Shown: positions 1 to 9,587 of the stretch, in pieces
Numbering within the stretch: the first letter of the stretch is position 1
How the letters are laid out: each line of letters begins with the position of its first letter
Origin: a virus
Taxonomy: Duplodnaviria > Caudoviricetes
Length of the DNA: 64,000 nt
Virus record (IMG/VR): IMGVR_UViG_3300035428_000399
Coordinates: 1-64,000 of that record
Strand: one strand, 5' to 3'
Position numbers and translations under genes: made by a program
The notes under the pieces: generated by a model
The model's database searches: none
The model's input: the letters and a program-made list of their open reading frames with translations, nothing else
What the model was told of the DNA's origin: nothing

Positions 1-276
1 TCATTTTTTATTATTTTTTATTGAATGCAGAAGTGAATCGTCCTCGACCATAGAGTCTAAGGCACGTTCATCAAAGTACGGGCAAGACAACACGCCCAGC
101 CTTTCAGCCAGGCGATATACCCGGCTGAAGAGTTGGGCTCTTTCGTTGGTGGTAGTCGGGAGAGGATTCGGAATAACAGTTAGCAACCGACATCCCCACC
201 CCGAACATTCATTTGTAAGACGACACCATTCTGACCCGGTACGCAGACGGCAACAGTCATTTATGTTTGAGCACAT
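1..276 (-). CDS. hypothetical Cys-rich protein, co-oriented with the repressor
   Basis: 91-aa ORF with an A-rich upstream region, directly downstream of the repressor gene; no recognised motif. Confidence 0.45.
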   Translation of the reverse strand: MCSNINDCCRLRTGSEWCRLTNECSGWGCRLLTVIPNPLPTTTNERAQLFSRVYRLAERLGVLSCPYFDERALDSMVEDDSLLHSIKNNKK

Positions 277-324
277 CTTTTAGTTTTCTTAGAAGGATGT
301 TGCGATAGTGCAACTGAAGAAATG

Positions 325-822
325 TCATACCGTTTTTTTCTCAGCCATTCCGAGTTCGTCCTCGCGTTGCTCGATGTCCAGTTCGCGGGCATTAAGAGCA
401 GCCTCGCGCTCATTAAGTTGTCGCTCGAAATCAGCGAGGCGCGCGGATCTTTCGTTTACCTGGCCCAGCATATCCACGAGGCGATGGAAAAGTGCGCTGA
501 TTTCAGCAAGACCACCGCCATCGGATGCCGGTTCTGCCGGCACATGCTCAACCGGAACTGCGTCCTCAGTCTCGACGAGGACGCTCCCCTCGCCAGTAAA
601 GAGATAGGACTTGTTGATTTGAGGAAATTTCTCGCAGATCAGAGCCGCGATATTGGGGTTGAATTTCTTCGTCCGGCCGCGTTGGAGGTCGAAGATGCGC
701 TGATAGTTTATGCCCAGCGCTTCGGCGAACTTTGGGGCTGTCATGCCGACGGCCTCAAGCACGTTCTTGATGATGCTGCGAGTCACCGGAATGAACTCGT
801 CTTGTCTTACGTTATCCTTCAT
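325..822 (-). CDS. CI-like XRE helix-turn-helix repressor
   Basis: N-terminal HTH (MTAPKFAEALGINYQRIFDLQRGRT...YLFTGEG), coiled-coil C-terminus, divergent from the early operon. Confidence 0.75.
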   Translation of the reverse strand: MKDNVRQDEFIPVTRSIIKNVLEAVGMTAPKFAEALGINYQRIFDLQRGRTKKFNPNIAALICEKFPQINKSYLFTGEGSVLVETEDAVPVEHVPAEPASDGGGLAEISALFHRLVDMLGQVNERSARLADFERQLNEREAALNARELDIEQREDELGMAEKKTV

Positions 823-947
823 ATTTGCAATAAAATTATTTTTCGCTATGGCGAGTAACCATTCTCACAACCAACACTTATGAAAGTTGCAAAGATGATT
901 AAAAAGTGTTAAATCTTAGCGTTAATTGCAAATATGATTATTTTCGT

Positions 948-979
948 TTTGGTAAATATTGCGAAAATGATTATTTTTG
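948..979 (+). promoter_or_regulatory. rightward early promoter (Bacteroidota sigma-A type)
   Basis: TTTG 948-951, 20-nt spacer, TATTTTTG 972-979. Confidence 0.65.
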
Positions 980-1004
980 CACAACTAAAACTACTAAGAC
1001 TACG

Positions 1005-1036
1005 CAAAGGTAGTCAAAAACTCGCTCAAATGCAAA
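1005..1036 (-). promoter_or_regulatory. leftward promoter, probably for the repressor
   Basis: minus strand TTTG (1036-1033), 20-nt spacer, TACCTTTG (1012-1005). Confidence 0.65.
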
Positions 1037-1159
1037 TAAGTATTATATCAAAAATCCGCAGGAAATGAAAACGACGATTAACAAACATCGTAGATTCACC
1101 GAGTGTGGCTATCAAATGTCACACTCGGCTCCTGCCGCAGTTATGGGAAAGGAGGCGGT

Positions 1160-1363
1160 ATGGAGCAAGTAGCAAAGATTCCTATATCCCCAACATTGAG
1201 GAAGCTCATGCCGGGAGAAAAGGCTGTGTTCCCTATTGAGCAATGCAGCTCGGTAACAGCAATCGTTAGCAAGTTCCGCAAAGACTTAGCAAGAATAGGC
1301 TGGGACGCCGACGTAAAAAGCGACACCAAGGAATACACCGTGACGGTATTCCGCACGAAGTAA
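1160..1363 (+). CDS. small protein in the Cro position
   Basis: 67-aa ORF (MEQVAKIPISPTLRKL...) that is the first clear gene of the early operon. Confidence 0.6.
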   Translation: MEQVAKIPISPTLRKLMPGEKAVFPIEQCSSVTAIVSKFRKDLARIGWDADVKSDTKEYTVTVFRTK

Positions 1364-1422
1364 ATGCAAATAAGGTATCTGCCCTTAGCAGACAAATTAA
1401 ATATCAATAAAAATAGTTCAAC

Positions 1423-2373
1423 ATGGGACTCATCAAGAAATCCAATGAATTGGTCATCCCGCAAACGGTCAAGATGATGATCTACGGCCAAGCCGGTATG
1501 GGTAAGACCACTGTGGCGCTCAGTGCGCCGAAACCTCTCCTCCTCGACTTCGACAATGGCGTAAAGCGCGTCAATCTCGCTCATCTGGAGAACGTAGACA
1601 TCGTTCAGGTCGATAATTGGAAAGAGATTCAGCAACTCCTCCAGCAAGACCAGGCAGACATCACACCCTACCAGACAATCGTTGTAGACACCATCGGTAA
1701 GATGATGGACTACATTATCACTCACTGCTGCGGCACGCGCCAGCCGCAAATCAAGGATTGGGGCCGCATCAATCAGGAGTTCACATGGTTCACCCGTGCA
1801 CTCTCTTCCCTCAACAAGCACATCGTCTTTGTCGCCCACCGTGATAGTCGCAAGGAAGGTGACGAAACTGTTTTCATCCCGTCGCTTCGCGAGAAATCCT
1901 ACAACTCCATCGTTACCGAACTCGACCTGCTTGGCTATTTGGAAATGAAGTCGGAGCGCGGGGTACAGAGCCGTACTATCACATTCGACCCCACATCGCG
2001 CAACGACGGCAAGAATACCTGCAATCTGCCATCAGTTATGCAGGTTCCCACCATCCTCAACTCCAACGCAGAACCCACAGCCCCCAACACGTTCATTACC
2101 GAAAAGGTAATCACCCCCTATCTCACAATGCTCGATGTTAAAGCCGAAGAACGTCGCAAGTATGACGAGCTCATCGACGCCATCACAGAAGATGTCAACA
2201 ATATCACTGATGCTCAGTCGGCCAACGACTTCGCCGCGAGAATCAAGGAATACAAACATATCGGCAGTTCCATGGCGAAGGCCCGTTCTCTATTCGGTGC
2301 AAAGGTAAAAGAACTCGGCCTCGTCTACGACACCGAAAACAAGACCTACACTGATGCAGAGCCGGCCGCTTGA
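1423..2373 (+). CDS. Sak4-like AAA ATPase / single-strand annealing recombinase
   Basis: Walker A YGQAGMGKTT, LLLDFDNG, Walker B IVVDTIG, FVAH motif. Confidence 0.85.
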   Translation: MGLIKKSNELVIPQTVKMMIYGQAGMGKTTVALSAPKPLLLDFDNGVKRVNLAHLENVDIVQVDNWKEIQQLLQQDQADITPYQTIVVDTIGKMMDYIITHCCGTRQPQIKDWGRINQEFTWFTRALSSLNKHIVFVAHRDSRKEGDETVFIPSLREKSYNSIVTELDLLGYLEMKSERGVQSRTITFDPTSRNDGKNTCNLPSVMQVPTILNSNAEPTAPNTFITEKVITPYLTMLDVKAEERRKYDELIDAITEDVNNITDAQSANDFAARIKEYKHIGSSMAKARSLFGAKVKELGLVYDTENKTYTDAEPAA

Positions 2374-3196
2374 GAACGTTTCGTATAGATTCTATGCGAC
2401 GCTCCTCGATGGCTTCCAAGACTATCTGAACAGCGACATTATATACGAAAAGTATTGGGGTTACTCTGAGAACCCGCCCCATACTCCTGAGGAGTTCAGG
2501 CAGAAGCAGTTTCAATCTCTCATTGATAGAATAAACCGTGTTCCCTTTGACAGCGAAGCCGCTGACAAAGGTACGGCATTCAATGAGATTATCGACTGCA
2601 TGATTGAACACCGTAAGAGTGATAAGGTCGATGTCAGATATGCCTACGAAACCATCGTATTAGGACAGGTAGATAATTGCGAGCCGGACGAAAGATGGGC
2701 CGAAGTACAGCAGACCAACAAAATTGTCGGTCTGAACGCCACCTATAATAATAGGACGTTCTACTTCGACATCAATCTTTGCCGTGAATTCGCCAATTAC
2801 TACAAAGGTGCTTTGACCCAGCAGTTCGTCCGGGCCATTGTGCCGACACGTTTCGGAAATGTCGAGGTGTATGGGTATGTCGACGAACTCATGCCCCAGA
2901 GCATCCACGACATCAAGACCACCGGTAAATACTCAGTCGGCAAGTTCAAAGACCACTGGCAGCACATCGTCTACCCGTATTGCTATCAGCAGAACGGTCA
3001 GGACTTACGTCTATTTGAGTATAACATAGCCGAGATAGACAAATACGGACGGTGGGAGACATACACGGAATCATATATGTATAAGCCGGAGCGCGATGTT
3101 CCGAAGCTCATAGCCATGTGTGAGGAACTGATATGTTTCCTTATCGAGAACCGCCATCTTATTACCGATCGCAAAATCTTCAACCTATCGGCATGA
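2354..3196 (+). CDS. PD-(D/E)XK-like nuclease, probable recombinase partner
   Basis: GYVDELM...HDIKTT motif; overlaps the Sak4-like gene. Confidence 0.6.
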   Translation: MQSRPLENVSYRFYATLLDGFQDYLNSDIIYEKYWGYSENPPHTPEEFRQKQFQSLIDRINRVPFDSEAADKGTAFNEIIDCMIEHRKSDKVDVRYAYETIVLGQVDNCEPDERWAEVQQTNKIVGLNATYNNRTFYFDINLCREFANYYKGALTQQFVRAIVPTRFGNVEVYGYVDELMPQSIHDIKTTGKYSVGKFKDHWQHIVYPYCYQQNGQDLRLFEYNIAEIDKYGRWETYTESYMYKPERDVPKLIAMCEELICFLIENRHLITDRKIFNLSA

Positions 3197-3197
3197 A

Positions 3198-3596
3198 ATG
3201 GTAGCGACTGCCATACTGATAAAGAATGATTCCGAAGGGACACGGATTAACCGCTCTTTGGTGGAAATGATAGAGGGATTGCCTGACGGCAAGTATCGCA
3301 TCATCATTGAACCACAAAGTGTGCGTCATTCCGTGCCCCAACGGAAACTTTTGTTTATGTGGATGTCGCTTTTGGCACGGGAAACGGGCAACAGTAAGGT
3401 TAGGCTCTATAAATATTTTTGTAGTAAGTTTCTTCTCGATGATATGCCGAGTGTGTCGGAAATGTCGTCGGCGCAGTTGACCCATTTCATGCACGAGATA
3501 GAGGCCGATGTAGCGCAGAACCTTGGATTCACATTGCCAATACCCGAAGACGGAGAAGATTTCATCTCATTCTTAAAAGACTTTAAGGATAAATGA
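3198..3596 (+). CDS. NinB-like recombination accessory protein
   Basis: SVPQRKLLFMWM...SEMSSAQLTHFMHEIE...LPIPED pattern and position. Confidence 0.55.
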   Translation: MVATAILIKNDSEGTRINRSLVEMIEGLPDGKYRIIIEPQSVRHSVPQRKLLFMWMSLLARETGNSKVRLYKYFCSKFLLDDMPSVSEMSSAQLTHFMHEIEADVAQNLGFTLPIPEDGEDFISFLKDFKDK

Positions 3597-4189
3597 GTAC
3601 ATTCATTGACATACCAGGATACGAGGGATACTACCAGATAGACCGCAATGGGAACATTCGCAGTCTCGACCGATATCGCTTTGGCAAAAAAGGAAGCGCA
3701 ACTTTTTGTCAAGGGAGGTTAATGGTGTCCCGAAAAGCCAAGAATGGATATGTTTCTGTGGGGTTAAGTAAAAACAAAAGCTACAAGCTGTGGCTGGTGC
3801 ATAGACTTGTTGCGATAACATTTATTGAAAACCCGGACAATCTCCCATGTGTGGACCACATCAATGGGATTCGCGGTGATAACAGAGTAGAGAATTTAAG
3901 ATGGTGTACGAAGCGCCAGAATCTTAATTTCCAGCTCGCTAAAGAAAACATATCCAAGGCGAACAAACAGAGCGTAAAATGCCGAAAGCATATTAACGAC
4001 CTGCAACAAAAATGCAGGAAAGCGGTAGTGATTGTATTTCCCAATGGAAAGATTAAAGAATATGATTCTATCGCAGATACAGAGAAGGACGGTTTCTATC
4101 ATCCATTAGTTTCCGCATGTTGCAAAGAAAAGCAACAATCCCACAGAGGTTGCAAATGCTATTACCGGGAGGACTACTATGGAAATTAA
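3593..4189 (+). CDS. NUMOD4/HNH homing endonuclease
   Basis: IPGYEGYYQIDRNGNIRSLDR (NUMOD4); VHRLVA...VDHINGIRGDNRVENLRW (HNH). Confidence 0.9.
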   Translation: MSTFIDIPGYEGYYQIDRNGNIRSLDRYRFGKKGSATFCQGRLMVSRKAKNGYVSVGLSKNKSYKLWLVHRLVAITFIENPDNLPCVDHINGIRGDNRVENLRWCTKRQNLNFQLAKENISKANKQSVKCRKHINDLQQKCRKAVVIVFPNGKIKEYDSIADTEKDGFYHPLVSACCKEKQQSHRGCKCYYREDYYGN

Positions 4190-5399
4190 GTTAAGAGACT
4201 ACCAAAGTCAAGCTGTAGATGCTGCGATGAATTACATGAGAGCAAATTCCCAGAGAAACGGCATTCTCGTTATGCCCACGGGAAGTGGTAAGTCGTGGGT
4301 CATTGCAGAAATTGCCAACAGGCTTAACAATAATGTTTTAGTATTCTGCCCATCACGCGAGATACTGCAACAGAACTACGAAAAAATGAGCACTATATGC
4401 CCATCCGACATATCAATATATTCCGCATCGTTCAACTCCAAAGAGATAAACCGAATCACATTTGCTACAATCGGCAGTGTGAAGTCGCACATGGAGGATT
4501 TCAATCATTTCAGATACATCATAGTAGACGAGTGCCACGGTGTAAATCCGCAAGGAGGTATGTATAAAGACTTCTTTGACTGCGCCAAGAGAAAAATACT
4601 CGGTCTTACTGCCACTCCGTATCGACTGACAAGCGCCCAGATATGCCTCGATGAGAACGGCCGATATGACCCATCCTGCGAACCGCAGAATAAATGTATA
4701 TTGAAATTTCTGACCCGGATACGGCCGAGGGTGTTCCACGATGTGATATTTCAAGTCGAGATACAGACGCTGCTACAACGAGGCTATCTCTCGAAGTTGA
4801 ATTACTACGACATGACAATCCTGCCACAAGAGGGGTTGAAAAGGAATACCACAGGTATGGACTTCGACGAGAAGAGTCTGTTCGACGAGTTCCAGCGTGT
4901 CAACCTACAAGATCACCTTGTGAACATTGTAAGAAGACTCCAGCACCCGAAGAGTGGTATCCCGCGCAAAGGCATACTCGTCTTTACGAAGTTCCTCGAA
5001 GAAAGCGAGAAACTTTGCCAGTCTATAGATGACTGCGAAATGTTGAGTGGCGAGACACCCAAGAAAGAACGTGAAAGAATCATCAAGGATTTCAAGTCCG
5101 GAAAGATTAAAGTGCTAACTAATGTAGGAGTGCTGACAACCGGCTTCGACTATCCTGAACTCGATACCGTCGTGATGGCTCGCCCTACGATGTCGCTCGC
5201 CATGTACTATCAGATACTCGGCCGAGCGATAAGACCTCATCCCAGCAAGGAAGCCGGATGGATTGTAGACCTCTGCGGAAATATCAAACGATTCGGCAAG
5301 GTCGAGGATCTACGACTATTCGAGCGCAAACCAGGAGAATACTTTATCCAAGGCATTGCCGACAATCAGTACAAGCAACTTACCAATACATATTTTTGA
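4179..5399 (+). CDS. superfamily 2 DNA helicase (RadD/YejH-like)
   Basis: MPTGSGKS, IIVDECH, LTATP, VLTTGFD, YQILGRAIR. Confidence 0.9.
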   Translation: MEIKLRDYQSQAVDAAMNYMRANSQRNGILVMPTGSGKSWVIAEIANRLNNNVLVFCPSREILQQNYEKMSTICPSDISIYSASFNSKEINRITFATIGSVKSHMEDFNHFRYIIVDECHGVNPQGGMYKDFFDCAKRKILGLTATPYRLTSAQICLDENGRYDPSCEPQNKCILKFLTRIRPRVFHDVIFQVEIQTLLQRGYLSKLNYYDMTILPQEGLKRNTTGMDFDEKSLFDEFQRVNLQDHLVNIVRRLQHPKSGIPRKGILVFTKFLEESEKLCQSIDDCEMLSGETPKKERERIIKDFKSGKIKVLTNVGVLTTGFDYPELDTVVMARPTMSLAMYYQILGRAIRPHPSKEAGWIVDLCGNIKRFGKVEDLRLFERKPGEYFIQGIADNQYKQLTNTYF

Positions 5400-6368
5400 A
5401 TGGAAGACTTTGAAGTACAATATCTATCCGTATTAGACGCACGGAGCGCCCTCTGGCGGCACAGAAAGCGCGAGTGGCTTGATATTATAGGACCGGAAGG
5501 GAAAAGCCGAGAAAAGGCACTCTACGGCTCCCTAGCTATGAGGTTCCCCGGACTATATGCACGCACTAAAGAAGAACGCGAAAAGCTCGGCATTTCATTC
5601 GATGAATATATCGAGCAGTACGGTCCTGAAGATGCAAGAGATACCAAAGAATACTCAAAGATGAGCGATGGAGTCAGTACATTCGACCCCGTCCTTGCCG
5701 AGATAATATACGAATGGTTCATTTCATGTGAGGGAGCGAAGATATTTGATTGTTTCACCGGCGGAATTACCAAGGGCGCAGTCGCTGTTGCCAAAGGACA
5801 TAGTTTCACCGGCATCGACATCAGGTCGAGCCAAGTTGAGGTAAACAATGAAAAGAGCGACGCCTTTTCGGTAGCCAACCAGTACTTACGATACTTCTGC
5901 GACGATGCCAGAAACCTCCTGAAGTACATCGGCGTTGCCACGCAGGATTTATTTATCAGCTGTCCGCCTTACTACAATCTCGAAGTTTATAGCGACCTCG
6001 CCGGCGACGCCTCCAATCAACCGACATATCAGGACTTCATTGCCATACTCCGCGACGCTTTCGAGAAGGCAGTCAAATGTCTCAAGTGGAATAGGTTTGC
6101 CATTGTCATAGTTGGCGACATCCGAGACAACAAGGGAGCATACTATAATTTCCCCGGCGATGTCATCCGTATATTCCAAAATTGCGGCTGTGCGTTCCTC
6201 GATGATATTATATTGTTCCGCCCCGATGCTACAGCGAATCTAAGAGCAAAACGGTACATGAAATCAAGGAAAGTCGTAAGAGTTCATGAGCGCGTCCTTG
6301 TGTTCTACAAAGGTAATGCGTCGGTTATCAAGAAACACTTCACACCACTAAAATCCAATGAATTGTAG
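5400..6368 (+). CDS. amino (m6A/m4C) DNA methyltransferase
   Basis: motif I IFDCFTGG, motif IV SCPPYY, phage-type N-terminus SVLDARSALW. Confidence 0.85.
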   Translation: MEDFEVQYLSVLDARSALWRHRKREWLDIIGPEGKSREKALYGSLAMRFPGLYARTKEEREKLGISFDEYIEQYGPEDARDTKEYSKMSDGVSTFDPVLAEIIYEWFISCEGAKIFDCFTGGITKGAVAVAKGHSFTGIDIRSSQVEVNNEKSDAFSVANQYLRYFCDDARNLLKYIGVATQDLFISCPPYYNLEVYSDLAGDASNQPTYQDFIAILRDAFEKAVKCLKWNRFAIVIVGDIRDNKGAYYNFPGDVIRIFQNCGCAFLDDIILFRPDATANLRAKRYMKSRKVVRVHERVLVFYKGNASVIKKHFTPLKSNEL

Positions 6369-6768
6369 AGAACCGATACAACAGAGAATCCGGGATTTAG
6401 GACTGACGCAAAGAGCCGTCAGTCATGCGATGGGAGTTACCGACCAGAGTTTGAGCAACTTTCTTAACGGGAGTCGCACTTACTCTTATTTGGCCTATGT
6501 GAAATTGCTTAGAGTCCTCGGCCTTACTCTCGGTCACGAGGGTGACAACGTCGGTGCCGCGCCCGCATTGTCCGTGCGCCGTATCATTAAAGCCGAGATA
6601 GAAAAGAGAGGGCAACCACTCAGTGAAATAGCGAAACGTTGCGATGTCCGAGGCTCTACTCTATCCTCGTTCCTGACAGGACGCCGTGGGATACGCGTAA
6701 ATTCTTTAGAAAGAATCATAACAGAACTGGGGCTGACTTACGTCAGTTTCGGCGAACCAACAATATAA
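6358..6768 (+). CDS. protein with two XRE HTH domains
   Basis: LTQRAVSHAMGVTDQSLSNFLNG and LSEIAKRCDVRGSTLSSFLTG. Confidence 0.8.
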   Translation: MNCREPIQQRIRDLGLTQRAVSHAMGVTDQSLSNFLNGSRTYSYLAYVKLLRVLGLTLGHEGDNVGAAPALSVRRIIKAEIEKRGQPLSEIAKRCDVRGSTLSSFLTGRRGIRVNSLERIITELGLTYVSFGEPTI

Positions 6769-6783
6769 CACCGAACTAAACCA

Positions 6784-7239
6784 ATGGCACCAAGAAAAGA
6801 TTCATACAATATGCTCGTGCTTCAAGCTATCAAGGAGGGGCGTGACCCTAAAACTGTGAAGAAACCACCTCGGGACCCATCAGAAGGTCCGTCTGAGAGT
6901 GAGATACAGCAATCCTGCATCAAGTGGTTCCAGCTGCAGCATCGCGCCCTATGGGCAGATGGTGTGCTGTTCCATATCGCCAACGAAGGAATACGATTGG
7001 GCGGTCAAGGACGCAGGATAAAGCGTGAGGGTATTGTTCGAGGTGTAGCCGACTTATGTCTGGCTATGCCTCGTCATGGCTATGGCGCACTTTACATAGA
7101 AATGAAACGCCCGGACCGCTATCAATCTCCGGAGCAAAGGACATGGCAGAAAAACATTGAGCGTCATGGCAATAAGTACGTTGTATGCAAATCACTTGAT
7201 GAGTTTATAAAGATTATAAACCGCTATTTAGCGCAGTAA
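6784..7239 (+). CDS. VRR-NUC domain nuclease
   Basis: SESEIQQSCIKWF, FHIANEG, GVADL, LYIEMK, QSPEQ. Confidence 0.85.
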   Translation: MAPRKDSYNMLVLQAIKEGRDPKTVKKPPRDPSEGPSESEIQQSCIKWFQLQHRALWADGVLFHIANEGIRLGGQGRRIKREGIVRGVADLCLAMPRHGYGALYIEMKRPDRYQSPEQRTWQKNIERHGNKYVVCKSLDEFIKIINRYLAQ

Positions 7240-7241
7240 CT

Positions 7242-8363
7242 ATGAAGTATCAACTCCCGGATAATATAGACCAGCATTGGCTATGGAAGGATGACCCTGC
7301 TAAATTCCAGTGGTGGCTCCTGCTTTTGCGTGAGGTAGGCGACGGAGAGACCCAGCGCATGGTCCGGGGAGTGGTCTGTAAATTCGGCTTCGGCGAACTT
7401 GTAACTACCCAGGGAGAACTTGCTAAATTGTGGGGAACGACTACTGAAAAGGCTCAGGCATTCCTCCGAAAATTGGAGTCAAAAGGAGAGATTAGACGCA
7501 AAACTGACGCAAAACTGACGCGGATATTTATATGTAATATAGAGGATTACGATATTCTTGGACGCAATCTTGACGCAAAGTTGACGCACAGACGCAAAGT
7601 TGACGCAATCTTGACGCAGTTAATAGACGCAATATCAGGCTTTTCAGAAGATGATAGACGCAATCTTGACGCAAAGTTGACGCAGTTGGCAGATTTCAAA
7701 AGAAAAGAACCAAAAGAAATATATACTACACAAATTACGTCTCCTAACGGAGACGTGCAAGAAGATGAATCTTCTTGCCCTCTTTCACGCGCGCAAGAGG
7801 TGGTTGGGGATAAAAAAGCCAAGGCTAAAAAAGAACCTAAGCCCAAAAAGGAGAAAACAAAAAAATCTCCAACCCTTGTGGCTCGGGGACGGACGGTTTT
7901 TGAAGAATTTTACCAAAAGCTGTACGACAACCCCTACTACTGGACCGCGAAAGATGGAATGCACATGAAGCAGCTGCTACAAAAAATTTCTTTCAGCCGG
8001 CAACATCGTGAAAATCCCCTGCCGATAGATGATGATTCAGTTCTCGCGGCCCTCGGTCAGTTCCTCGAAAGAATCAACAAAAGCTGGGTTATGGATAACT
8101 TCTCAGTATCGACCATAAATAGCCAGTACAACAACATTATTTCTGAAATACGAAACGCATCAAAAACAGTAACCAATGGCAGAATCCTTAATACCACGGC
8201 AGCGCAAGGACGGCCAGCAGTCGGAGCCGACCTCTCTGACAGTTATCGTCAACGAGCTTCTATCCTCGCGGACATCGAAGAGGCAGACCGAAGATACCTT
8301 GAAAAGCGTGAGTCCGTTAGCGATGTCACTTATGAAGAACTACCGACCCTCCCAGGTGGCTAA
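7242..8363 (+). CDS. phage replication initiator (lambda O-like organisation)
   Basis: N-terminal winged-helix-like region, internal iteron array, low-complexity linker. Confidence 0.7.
   Translation: MKYQLPDNIDQHWLWKDDPAKFQWWLLLLREVGDGETQRMVRGVVCKFGFGELVTTQGELAKLWGTTTEKAQAFLRKLESKGEIRRKTDAKLTRIFICNIEDYDILGRNLDAKLTHRRKVDAILTQLIDAISGFSEDDRRNLDAKLTQLADFKRKEPKEIYTTQITSPNGDVQEDESSCPLSRAQEVVGDKKAKAKKEPKPKKEKTKKSPTLVARGRTVFEEFYQKLYDNPYYWTAKDGMHMKQLLQKISFSRQHRENPLPIDDDSVLAALGQFLERINKSWVMDNFSVSTINSQYNNIISEIRNASKTVTNGRILNTTAAQGRPAVGADLSDSYRQRASILADIEEADRRYLEKRESVSDVTYEELPTLPGG
7495..7684 (+). repeat. iteron array, putative replication origin
   Basis: GACGCA at 7495, 7506, 7561, 7572, 7583, 7591, 7602, 7613, 7626, 7657, 7668, 7679 (plus GACGCG at 7517), mostly 11 bp apart; A-rich tract follows. 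Confidence 0.8.
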
Positions 8364-8937
8364 AGCATATAATCCGACACTGCAGGCTGGAGTCATGGCT
8401 GCTTTCCCGACAATACTTGAAGCTCACAACGCAAAAAACATTCCGGCAATCGTGCATTTGGCTCAAGCCTATGATGAGAATGTGGCAGTAAGATGGATAC
8501 AAGACCAGTTGCTCCAAGTCAACGAGTTTGCAGGAGTGAAATCCAAGCTCAGCGATATGCAGTTGGATGAACTTGCTATCCAAATCCGTCTGGAGTACGG
8601 GTACCTCAATCTTTTTGAGTTTATCCTCTTCTGCGCCCGGCTCCGGTCGGGGCGCTATGAAGACTTCTACGGCTCTGTCGATCCCATGAGAATCCTCAAA
8701 TCCCTCGATGCCTTTTGCGCTGACCGCAGAGCCGAAATTTGGCGCGAAGCAGAGCAAAAAGAAAAAGAGGAGCGCGATAGAGAGTATGAGGAAAGTAGGA
8801 AAAACCGTATCCCATTTGATGTTTGGTATAGAAAACTCCCTGAAGAAGAAAAAGAGAAAGTGCGTGACACTCCTTATTTGGGAGGAAGAGCCAAAGAGAT
8901 TGACGAAGAGGATAAGCATAATGATAGCTCTGCTTGA
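8176..8937 (+). CDS. replication-associated protein in the helicase-loader position
   Basis: follows and overlaps the initiator; YGYLNLFEFILFC...SGRYEDFYGSVDP; start codon uncertain (8176 or 8323). Confidence 0.6.
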   Translation: MAESLIPRQRKDGQQSEPTSLTVIVNELLSSRTSKRQTEDTLKSVSPLAMSLMKNYRPSQVAKAYNPTLQAGVMAAFPTILEAHNAKNIPAIVHLAQAYDENVAVRWIQDQLLQVNEFAGVKSKLSDMQLDELAIQIRLEYGYLNLFEFILFCARLRSGRYEDFYGSVDPMRILKSLDAFCADRRAEIWREAEQKEKEERDREYEESRKNRIPFDVWYRKLPEEEKEKVRDTPYLGGRAKEIDEEDKHNDSSA

Positions 8938-8942
8938 ATAAA

Positions 8943-9034
8943 TTGCAGATTTGATTAAAATAATTGCCCATATATTTGCGTATATGATTATTTTTGATTA
9001 CTTTTGTATATGCAAATAAGATGTTTAATCAAAA
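8943..9034 (+). promoter_or_regulatory. conserved promoter module, copy A
   Basis: TTTG 8975, 20-nt spacer containing ATGATTATTT, TACTTTTG 8999-9006, TGCAAATAAG 9011, TAATCAAAA 9026. Confidence 0.8.
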
Positions 9035-9044
9035 CTCAAAAGAC

Positions 9045-9251
9045 ATGGATAAGAAAAGAGAATACGCAGAGTACCTACAAGAGAAATACGAATCCGAAGA
9101 GTGGTACAATGAAATGTCATTCGAGGAATTCATCCGAATGGAAGTAGCTACCTGCGATCCTATCTCGAAAGAGGTTGTCATGGAATCCTGCGAAAGCGAG
9201 GAGACTGCACTCGAAGAGTTTATCCACTTCTGCGAGTACCTATACAAGTAA
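9045..9251 (+). CDS. small acidic hypothetical protein
   Basis: first ORF after promoter copy A. Confidence 0.65.
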   Translation: MDKKREYAEYLQEKYESEEWYNEMSFEEFIRMEVATCDPISKEVVMESCESEETALEEFIHFCEYLYK

Positions 9252-9284
9252 ATGCAAATAAGAAATCTAACAAAATCCGCAATT

Positions 9285-9584
9285 ATGAAAGTAGATAAAT
9301 CAAGTATCTTCAAAGTGGCGAACGCAATCCACCGCAGTCAGAATGGGCTCACAATCGGAGAAGCCCTGAAGATGGCGTGGAAAGCCGCGAAACTCCAAGT
9401 TGAACTTGCCGCCGGCGAAGTTCGGTTCCGCTACCGCAAAGTGAATGGAGAAATCCGCGAGGCCTTAGGAACACTCAAGAATATGGTGACTGACACATTC
9501 TCAGCATTCAACGGCACCGCAATGTTTTACTTCGACATCGAAAAGATGGGGTTCCGTTCATTCGTTGTCGCTAACCTCGTCTGA
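9285..9584 (+). CDS. SH3 beta-barrel (WYL_2/DUF2693-like) protein
   Basis: EVRFRYRKVNGEIREALGTL...YFDIEKMGFRSF. Confidence 0.75.
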   Translation: MKVDKSSIFKVANAIHRSQNGLTIGEALKMAWKAAKLQVELAAGEVRFRYRKVNGEIREALGTLKNMVTDTFSAFNGTAMFYFDIEKMGFRSFVVANLV

Positions 9585-9587
9585 CCC

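Noticed and set aside
1-330. Prophage attachment site or integrase
   Set aside because: No tyrosine or serine recombinase motifs and no host-like genes in the window; the boundary probably lies outside it
7495-7684. CRISPR array or DGR repeat
   Set aside because: Repeat units are 6-11 nt without unique spacers; no cas or reverse transcriptase gene and no TR/VR pair seen in the window
9010-9030. MQIR leader peptide encoded by ATGCAAATAAGA
   Set aside because: Frame relative to the downstream gene varies between copies and the copy at 26045 has no ATG, so conservation is at nucleotide level
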